Shown in pieces: positions 17,298-24,012 of a DNA stretch of 24,012 nucleotides. The notes under the pieces are model-generated. The model was not told where the DNA came from, ran no database searches, and saw only the letters and a program-made list of their open reading frames with translations. The translations under genes were made by a program, and so were the position numbers. Within the stretch, counting starts at the first letter, position 1; every line of letters starts with the position of its first letter. Origin of the DNA: a virus (lineage: Duplodnaviria; Caudoviricetes); IMG/VR virus record IMGVR_UViG_3300030376_001116, positions 1-24,012 of that record, one strand, 5' to 3'.

Positions 17298-18187
17298 TGA
17301 GTATTTATCTAGGCGGTTTTGGTAAAGTCATGCTTCAGCGCAAAACGGCGCAGGGTGATTTATTCGCAACTATCAATGTTGATGATGTTAATACGTCAAA
17401 GAAGCGCTTTAGTTTTGATGAGGCTGACGAATTAATAACAGGGGATCAAATTGAAATTTCTACAACAAACGGAACAGATCTTTTATTTATTGCGGCGGCT
17501 TCATGGGCGGGTAATGCAAGAGAATCAAGCTTTACGGCCTTCGTGCATAAGGATGATTTAGGAGGGTTAAGAATGTATGCGACTTTTGCGAACGCAGTTA
17601 ATGGGGGAAGTTCAAACGCTTTAACCTTGACCGCAATTAGTTCTGATATTCCCGTTAAGGTTTCTGTTCAAAATGCTATATATCGGATGCTAGGCCAAGT
17701 TTCTTCCTATGAACTAAATACAGATGTTGAGTCGGTTGATATTACGGCTTTATCTGATTATCACAGGGAACGTTATAGCTCTTTGATTTCTGGTAATGGG
17801 CGTATTACTTGCGCGTGGGATTATGAAGATTCTGAAGGTTCAGGCACTTATGACCCCCCACATTATTTATTGGAATTGGTCACTAGAACAAAAGTCGGGT
17901 CAGAATTTGGGGCGCAATTGTATTTAAAGACAAGCGGATATAACCCTAGTGGCATAAGTTCAAATTTAGATGACGAGCTTTGGTATGAAATAAACGCGGT
18001 TGTTGTACAAAGTGCAATAAGCTTCAATGTGGGTCAACCCGTAGACATGACTATAAACTTTGTCACTACTGGAGGAGTCGACCTTAAGATTAACAGCGAC
18101 TCAACCAACAAGATCCTTCAAGAAGATAGCGACGATATTCTTTTAGAACAGGATACAACGGCTAAACTATTACAAGAAACAGATTAA
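17297..18187 (+). CDS. Tail-tube-fold protein with inserted domain and acidic C-terminal tail (third tube paralog)
   Basis: The C-terminal half aligns by eye with the 143-aa neighbour (YELNTDVESVDITALSD...SLISGNG; AISFNVGQPVDMTINFVTTG). TGATG overlap. Confidence 0.62.
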   Translation: MSIYLGGFGKVMLQRKTAQGDLFATINVDDVNTSKKRFSFDEADELITGDQIEISTTNGTDLLFIAAASWAGNARESSFTAFVHKDDLGGLRMYATFANAVNGGSSNALTLTAISSDIPVKVSVQNAIYRMLGQVSSYELNTDVESVDITALSDYHRERYSSLISGNGRITCAWDYEDSEGSGTYDPPHYLLELVTRTKVGSEFGAQLYLKTSGYNPSGISSNLDDELWYEINAVVVQSAISFNVGQPVDMTINFVTTGGVDLKINSDSTNKILQEDSDDILLEQDTTAKLLQETD

Positions 18188-18196
18188 CGGCGTAAG

Positions 18197-21100
18197 ATGG
18201 CTGATTTAAAAATCTCGCAACTGCCCGCGTTAGGAGATAATCTTGCGACGGCGGATAAAATTGCGGTAGTAGATGGTTCGGCCTCTGAAACGAAAAGCCT
18301 GACAATTGCAAACTTATTCAGTGCTAATAGTTTTGGTTTATTAGGTAGTAACGCGATACCGATAGCAAAGATTTCTGTAACTGCGGGATCGATAGCCGGA
18401 ACAGCCGTCGCAGATTTAGGAATTTCAACGGCAAAGGTCGCCAATGATGCCATTACGGCAGCGAAGTTAGATAATAATTCAAGCGCTCAAATAGTTACAT
18501 CCTTACCCGGATCAGGTGGTTTTACAGGTCAGATTGCAGCGAATAGTAATGACGGATATGCGGCGAGTATTTGGGACGGTAGCGCGTGGCAATCATTAAA
18601 AGCAGCGGCATCGATTAATACGATTAATGGCGATACTACTTCTATTGTTAATATTGCGGTTGCTACCTCTGGAAGTACAAGGGCATTAAGCGCATCAATA
18701 GATGATTCAAGTGCGGCGGCTCAATTCTTAGCAGGCCCATCAGGTGCGGCGGGTGCGGTTTCACTTAGGGCGATTACCGGGGCTGATTTACCACTCGCGA
18801 CTAGTTCGGCTCAAGGAACGATAAAAATAAACGGGGAGGGTTTACGAATAGATACGGGCGTTATTGAAATTGATAATGATGTAACAGCTAGCAGCGCTTA
18901 TAACCTTGTTTCTGTTTCAGCGAAAGGTTTAGTTAGCGCGTATCGAACAATTACGGCTGCTGATTTACCAGCGGGGACGACCTCAGCAAAAGGGGCGCTG
19001 CAAGTAGGAACAGGCCTCGCGGTTAGTAGTGGAGTAATCAGCGTAGACAACACGGCAACGGCTGGAACTTACACAAAGGTCACAATTACGGCCTCTGGTT
19101 TAGTAAGTAGTGGAACTACTTTGACAGACTCAGATTTACCGAATCACAGCGCTGGATTATTAACAAGTGGAACATTAGCAGCGGCAAGAATTGGAACTGA
19201 TTCTGTAGACGGTACAAAACTTTCTAACTCATCAACAACAATATTCCAATCAATCGCGCAGCAAGGTTATCCAACCGCACAATTTAACGGTCAACTATTA
19301 TTCGATACGGTTTCAGAAGATGCGTTTATTTGGGACGGAAACGCTTGGCAAGCCATAACGACCCTAACTAAAGGATCATTGGTGTTTGGAGGAAATTTCA
19401 ATTGTAGTACCAGTAAAATGACGGCTTGCACCTCCGCAGGATTAGCGGCGGGTTTAGCTGTTGGCAGTAATTTGCCTACTCCAAGCGATACGACAGATGG
19501 TGTATATGTTGTTGTCGACACTGCTGGAACCCCATCAGCTCCAGCCCCAGTAGTAGCATTTTCACCCCCTGATTATATTCTTGGAGTAACTAACAGTTCT
19601 GGGTCTTCATGGAATGAGATTGACCTTTCGCAAACAGTTGCGGGGCAAGTAGCAAGCAATATTACTTTCACCCCCTATGGACAAATATCTAGTACAAATG
19701 TCCAAGACGCAATGCAAGAGATCGAAACAGAAAAACTAGCAAAATCTGGGGGAACCGTCAGCGGCGAAATATTAATTAGCAATACTGGAAGTTTGGTTTA
19801 TGAGGGTGCAACGGCTGACGCGTTTGAAACGACAATTGGGGTAGTTGATCCGACCACAGCAGATAAAACAATTAATTTTCCTGATCAAAGCGGAACAGTT
19901 TTAGTTTCTGGGGGTGCGTCGATTGTCAATGCTGATGTAGCAACGAGTTGCGCTTTGGCCTATAGCAAACTAGCCCCTCTTGCTAGTGGTTCAATCCTTA
20001 TCGGAAATGGAAGCAATGTCGCCACGGTTCAAGCTCTCAGCGGAGATGCAACGTTATCTAATGCAGGCGTATTAACAATTGCTTCCTCTGCAATAACGAA
20101 TAGCAAAATTAGTAGTAGCGCAGCAATCGCACTTAGCAAGCTGGCAACAGGGGCATTACCTACAGCTATCACGGTTACTAATGGAAACGTTGTCGGTTCG
20201 GCTGCAATCGCGGGAACAAAAATTTCGCCTGATTTCGGTACTCAAGCAATAACAACTAGCGGTAATTTAACTCTTTCAGCGCAGGCAGATTTAAGACTAG
20301 GTGATGCAGCGGGTGGTGAATATGTAGCGATTCAGTCAGGGGCAACGGTTGGAACTAGCTACACAATCGAACTACCTACAACAGTAGGAGCTACAGGAAA
20401 AGTTCTTAAATCAACGGTTAGCGGTCAGGTTGCAACACTTACATGGGAAGACGACGCAAGTAATACAGCGGCTAGCGCTTTGACTGGTAATACTCTTGCT
20501 AGTGGGGTAACGGCTAGTTCTTTAACTTCAGTTGGCACTTTATCTGGATTAGTTGTCGATGGAGATATGACCCTGACGGGGCAAAGTGCAAATGTTGTAT
20601 GGGATAAGTCAGATAACGCTCTCGTATTTGCTGATCTAGCTAAAGCTATTTTTGGAACTGGATCAGATATGGAAATCTACCATAGTGGATCTCACTCCTA
20701 TATTCGTGATGTAGGATCAGGCTCTCTTAAAATTAATGCGAGTGAGTTTCATGTTTTAAATTCAGGTGATACTGAATTTATGGCTAAGTTCATCGGGGAT
20801 GGAGCCGTAGAGTTATATCACAATAACGTCAAAAAATTTGAAACAGGGGCTCAAACCCAGATCATGTATGGAAATCTGGAGTTAACAGATGGATGGTCGC
20901 TATATCTAGATAATGGTTTTAATAATGCTACTTCTCAGGTACAAAATGTAGGAGCAAATGGTTCTAGTGATCTTAGATTTAAAACTACTCCTAATGGTGG
21001 CTCATTAACAACAGCTCTAACTTTAGATAGCTCACAAAACGCTGCGTTTGCTGGAACGGTATCAGACAGCAAAGGCAACCTGCGTTCTATACCTCATAAC

Positions 21101-21409
21101 AGTGGAAGCAACACAGTAACACTTGCAGCGACAGATGCAGGTAAAGTGGTTTCTGCTAATGGTTCTGGTGGAGTTGGTTGGATTATTCCAGCCTCAACTT
21201 TCTCAGGTGGAGATGCCGTTAGTCTTATGAATAGAAGTGGTGGTGATCTGACAATAACTGCAACCGCATTAACAACTTTATATAACGGAGCAGATGGAGC
21301 TAACGTAAAAGCAAGCACATTGACTTTAGCCACTAGAACAATGGCTACTATTTGGTTTGAAGATGCTAGTAATGCTTACATCCAAGCTTCAGCCTTAACT
21401 GTTTCATAA
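18197..21409 (+). CDS. Long tail fibre protein
   Basis: 1070 aa, rich in Ala/Ser/Thr/Gly; N-terminal MADLKISQLP...VVD...ETK, repeated ITAAKL/ADLP/WDG.AW shaft motifs, and a GAVELYHNNVKKFET module. Confidence 0.85.
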   Translation: MADLKISQLPALGDNLATADKIAVVDGSASETKSLTIANLFSANSFGLLGSNAIPIAKISVTAGSIAGTAVADLGISTAKVANDAITAAKLDNNSSAQIVTSLPGSGGFTGQIAANSNDGYAASIWDGSAWQSLKAAASINTINGDTTSIVNIAVATSGSTRALSASIDDSSAAAQFLAGPSGAAGAVSLRAITGADLPLATSSAQGTIKINGEGLRIDTGVIEIDNDVTASSAYNLVSVSAKGLVSAYRTITAADLPAGTTSAKGALQVGTGLAVSSGVISVDNTATAGTYTKVTITASGLVSSGTTLTDSDLPNHSAGLLTSGTLAAARIGTDSVDGTKLSNSSTTIFQSIAQQGYPTAQFNGQLLFDTVSEDAFIWDGNAWQAITTLTKGSLVFGGNFNCSTSKMTACTSAGLAAGLAVGSNLPTPSDTTDGVYVVVDTAGTPSAPAPVVAFSPPDYILGVTNSSGSSWNEIDLSQTVAGQVASNITFTPYGQISSTNVQDAMQEIETEKLAKSGGTVSGEILISNTGSLVYEGATADAFETTIGVVDPTTADKTINFPDQSGTVLVSGGASIVNADVATSCALAYSKLAPLASGSILIGNGSNVATVQALSGDATLSNAGVLTIASSAITNSKISSSAAIALSKLATGALPTAITVTNGNVVGSAAIAGTKISPDFGTQAITTSGNLTLSAQADLRLGDAAGGEYVAIQSGATVGTSYTIELPTTVGATGKVLKSTVSGQVATLTWEDDASNTAASALTGNTLASGVTASSLTSVGTLSGLVVDGDMTLTGQSANVVWDKSDNALVFADLAKAIFGTGSDMEIYHSGSHSYIRDVGSGSLKINASEFHVLNSGDTEFMAKFIGDGAVELYHNNVKKFETGAQTQIMYGNLELTDGWSLYLDNGFNNATSQVQNVGANGSSDLRFKTTPNGGSLTTALTLDSSQNAAFAGTVSDSKGNLRSIPHNSGSNTVTLAATDAGKVVSANGSGGVGWIIPASTFSGGDAVSLMNRSGGDLTITATALTTLYNGADGANVKASTLTLATRTMATIWFEDASNAYIQASALTVS
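18421..19360 (+). repeat. Protein-level internal repeats in the fibre shaft
   Basis: AITAAKLDNNSS...FTGQI...IWDGSAWQ (~18421-18600) versus SVDGTKLSNSST...FNGQL...IWDGNAWQ (~19180-19360). Three ADLP-type units lie between them (ITGADLP, ITAADLP, LTDSDLP). Boundaries approximate. Confidence 0.7.
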
Positions 21410-21421
21410 GAGGTATTAATT

Positions 21422-24010
21422 ATGAGTCCTATTCAACAAATGTTTTTAGGGGTAGGGGCAAAAAAAACCTCTGTTTTCGTTGACGATATATTTTCGACGT
21501 TTTTATATAAAGGTTCTGGGTCAGCTAGGACAATAAATAACGGAATTGATTTATCTGGAGAGGGAGGTTTGTTATGGGTGAAAAGTAGAGATGCTACTGA
21601 AAGTCATGGATTATTTGACTCTGTAAGAGGTGCAACTAAACGACTTGTCTCAAACTCTTCTACTTCAGAAAGTACGGATGCAAATAGATGTAGTGCTTTC
21701 AACAATAACGGTTTCAGTTTGGGAACTGACGGTATGGTTAACGCTTCTAATGATGACTACACCTCATGGACATTCCGCAAGTCACCAGCGTTCACAATTT
21801 GTGAGTGGACAGGGAACGGTAGTAATCGGACAATTTCACATGATTTAGGTAGCGTTCCGGGGATGATTATCGTCAAACGTACTGATACTGCATCGAATTG
21901 GGCTGTTTACAATCGAGGTTTTAATGGAGGAGTAAATCCTGAACATTATGTAGCCTTTTTAGACACTACCGCCGCAGCATCATCACATGCGGCTTCTTGG
22001 AATAACTCAGCTCCAACATCTTCTGTATTTCATGTAGGTACACATGCAAGAGTCAATGGAAATGGTGGAACATTTGTAGCCTACGTATTCGCAGGAGGTG
22101 AGTCCACAAATGCTCTTGCAAGGTCTGTTGATTTTGATGGGTCGGGTGATTATTTAAGTTTTACAGGTATTCCTATTGGAACTAATGATTTCACTCTGGA
22201 AGCTTGGATACACCCAGCGGGAGGTTCAAATTATCCTTGTATCCTTGATACAAGAAATACAGATGATGATGCTAATGGTTTGTTTTGGGGGTTAAATTCT
22301 AGTAATAGATTGTATCTTTATACTGATGGTGACAGGGTTGGAGGAACGGTAAATGCAAACCAATGGAGTCATGTCGCTTTAGTTAGAGACTATAGTGCGA
22401 CTACAACAACAATGTATATTAACGGTATTAGCGTTGGGTCATGGACTAGCGATAATATTAATTATTCCAATGCTTTAGCACAAATAGGATTTAGTAATAC
22501 AACCAACGGTCATCATTATTGGGACGGTAAACTTTCCAATGTCCGAATAACAATTGGTCAAACACTTTACACCTCATCATTTAGACCACCAACTGAGCCA
22601 TTAACGACTACATCGCAAGGGGCAACAGCAAGTAATGTAAAACTTTTATGTTGCAACGGTAGTTCGACAACATCAGCGACTGTAGGGACAATTACCGCTA
22701 ATGGCGATCCAACAGCATCAAGTGATAGCCCCTTCGATGACCCTGCTGCATTTGTTTTCGGTGAGAATGAGGATCAACAAGCAATCAAGTGCGGTAGTTA
22801 TGTTGGAAATGGATCGGCTACAGGGCCAGAGATTTTCTTAGGAAACGGTTGGGAGCCGCAGTGGGTTCTTATAAAAAATACAGAAGAAAGTGAAGGGTGG
22901 TTAATATTTGACTCTATGAGAGGCATCGTTTCTGGTGGAAACGATATATTTATGTATGCAGATGCTAATACTGTTGATCAAAGTATGGATATGTTGGATC
23001 TCACTCCAACTGGTTTTAACATTAAATCAGATCATGCTTTGATTAATACAAATAATAAAACGTATATTTTTACTTGTATTAGACGTCCAGATGGATACGT
23101 TGGCAAGCCTCCCTCACTTGGTACGGGTGTATTCGCTATGGATGTAGGTAATGGATCGACAACTATTCCTGCCTTTGACAGTGGATTCCCTGTTGATATG
23201 AATATGAATAGAAAACCTGCTTCAACTTGGAGTTGGCAACTAGGTACGAGGTTACAGGGAAAAGATCAGTTAAATCCAAATACAAGCGATGCTGAAGGAG
23301 GAGAATTAGATAAATATGTCTGGGATTCCAATGCAGGCTTTGGAGCAGATAGTGGTTATGACTCAAGCTATCAATCATGGATGTGGAAACGCTACGCTGG
23401 TATGGACTGTATTACCTACAAAGGGAACGGAGTTGCAGGTAGACAAATACCGCACTCAATGAATAAAACGATTGAGATGATGTGGGTAAAGAATAGAGAT
23501 TATGCTACTAATTGGACAGTTTTTCATAAAGGCTTAAATGGTGGTAGTAGTCCAGAAGATTATTATTTATTTTTAGACAATGATGATAATGAAACTACTG
23601 CTACTTTTTGGAATAATCAAGCCCCTACCTCTACCCATTTTACATTAGGCACGAATAGCAAAGTAAATTCATCAAATGGTGCTAATTACATAGCCATGCT
23701 TTTCGCCAGCGTTGACGACATCAGCAAGGTTGGTAGCTATACAGGAAATGGCCAAAATTGGCATGGCATAGAAGTCGGCTTTGCTCCTAGGTTTTATATG
23801 ATCAAAAAAGTTAGCGGTTCAGGTGATTGGTTTATAGTAGATAACACTCGTGGGTTAGATGAAAATCTTTACTTAAACACCAACGACGCACAAGGTGGAT
23901 CGCAACATATAGGGACTCCAAGTTCAACGACTTGGTACATAGGGGCATCAGGTTCTACCAGTATTCTAAATACTAACAACGAAAAATATATTTATTATGT
24001 TCACGCTTAG
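21422..24010 (+). CDS. Putative fibre-tip adhesin with six beta repeats and an inserted LamG/concanavalin A-like domain
   Basis: Repeats of the type Y.GNG...P....IK....W...D..RG; LamG motifs SVDFDGSGDYL, DFTLEAWI, WSHVALVR, MYING and GKLSNVRIT; complete, with TAG at 24008-24010. Confidence 0.8.
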   Translation: MSPIQQMFLGVGAKKTSVFVDDIFSTFLYKGSGSARTINNGIDLSGEGGLLWVKSRDATESHGLFDSVRGATKRLVSNSSTSESTDANRCSAFNNNGFSLGTDGMVNASNDDYTSWTFRKSPAFTICEWTGNGSNRTISHDLGSVPGMIIVKRTDTASNWAVYNRGFNGGVNPEHYVAFLDTTAAASSHAASWNNSAPTSSVFHVGTHARVNGNGGTFVAYVFAGGESTNALARSVDFDGSGDYLSFTGIPIGTNDFTLEAWIHPAGGSNYPCILDTRNTDDDANGLFWGLNSSNRLYLYTDGDRVGGTVNANQWSHVALVRDYSATTTTMYINGISVGSWTSDNINYSNALAQIGFSNTTNGHHYWDGKLSNVRITIGQTLYTSSFRPPTEPLTTTSQGATASNVKLLCCNGSSTTSATVGTITANGDPTASSDSPFDDPAAFVFGENEDQQAIKCGSYVGNGSATGPEIFLGNGWEPQWVLIKNTEESEGWLIFDSMRGIVSGGNDIFMYADANTVDQSMDMLDLTPTGFNIKSDHALINTNNKTYIFTCIRRPDGYVGKPPSLGTGVFAMDVGNGSTTIPAFDSGFPVDMNMNRKPASTWSWQLGTRLQGKDQLNPNTSDAEGGELDKYVWDSNAGFGADSGYDSSYQSWMWKRYAGMDCITYKGNGVAGRQIPHSMNKTIEMMWVKNRDYATNWTVFHKGLNGGSSPEDYYLFLDNDDNETTATFWNNQAPTSTHFTLGTNSKVNSSNGANYIAMLFASVDDISKVGSYTGNGQNWHGIEVGFAPRFYMIKKVSGSGDWFIVDNTRGLDENLYLNTNDAQGGSQHIGTPSSTTWYIGASGSTSILNTNNEKYIYYVHA

Positions 24011-24012
24011 TG

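Larger units (their letters stand above)
1..24012 (+). mobile_element. Lambda-like siphophage head/tail morphogenesis region (phage or prophage segment), probably a marine cyanobacterial siphovirus
   Basis: Uninterrupted co-oriented terminase-portal-capsid-neck-tail-fibre gene order with overlapping or abutting stops and starts, and no host genes. Host assignment is inference only. Confidence 0.95.

Noticed and set aside
1398-23378. Short minus-strand and alternate-frame ORFs in the track (1398, 4758, 5260, 5455, 5907, 6348, 8789, 10895, 11274, 16790, 18184, 19291, 21094, 21630, 23163)
   Set aside because: All lie over well-supported + strand structural genes and show no recognisable motifs; consistent with shadow ORFs.
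17297-24010. Three consecutive genes in one frame separated by single TAA stops (similar in-frame junctions at 2494/2504, 9424/9425 and 16464/16465), suggesting readthrough or an alternative genetic code
   Set aside because: Each downstream gene has its own ATG and a typical N-terminus, TAA, TAG and TGA all end full-length genes, and shared frame arises one time in three by chance.
21422-24012. Diversity-generating retroelement target in the adhesin
   Set aside because: No reverse transcriptase, no near-identical template/variable repeat pair with adenine-specific mismatches and no C-type lectin C-terminus seen. Sequence beyond the window is unknown.
1-24012. CRISPR array, tRNA, att site, integrase, defence or auxiliary metabolic genes
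   Set aside because: Internal intergenic gaps are all under about 50 nt and every long ORF is accounted for as virion or packaging related.

Overview
The whole 24 kb window is the virion morphogenesis (late) gene block of a lambda-like siphophage. All genes are on the + strand and tightly packed. The order is: small and large terminase, gpW-like adaptor, lambda-family portal, fused prohead protease/HK97-fold major capsid protein, two small head accessory genes, head-tail joining and tail terminator genes, tail tube, G/GT tail chaperones with a -1 frameshift, tape measure, L-like, K-like and J-like tail-tip genes, a displaced Dit-like gene, two extra tube-fold paralogs, a long fibre and a repeat/LamG putative adhesin. 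Protein styles and the scarcity of Shine-Dalgarno sites suggest a marine picocyanobacterial phage (inference). No integrase, att site, tRNA, CRISPR array, defence gene or reverse transcriptase is visible, so free phage versus prophage cannot be decided. I see no clear new enzymatic system. The most interesting signals are: (1) a probable internal capsid start inside an alternative RNA structure within the protease-capsid fusion; (2) competing hairpins after the chaperone slippery site; (3) recurring promoter/operator-like motifs before structural genes; (4) a Dit + two tube-fold paralogs + fibre module placed after the J-like gene; (5) a probable 1-nt frameshift at the end of the Dit-like gene. 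All product calls come from motif recognition and gene order, not database searches.
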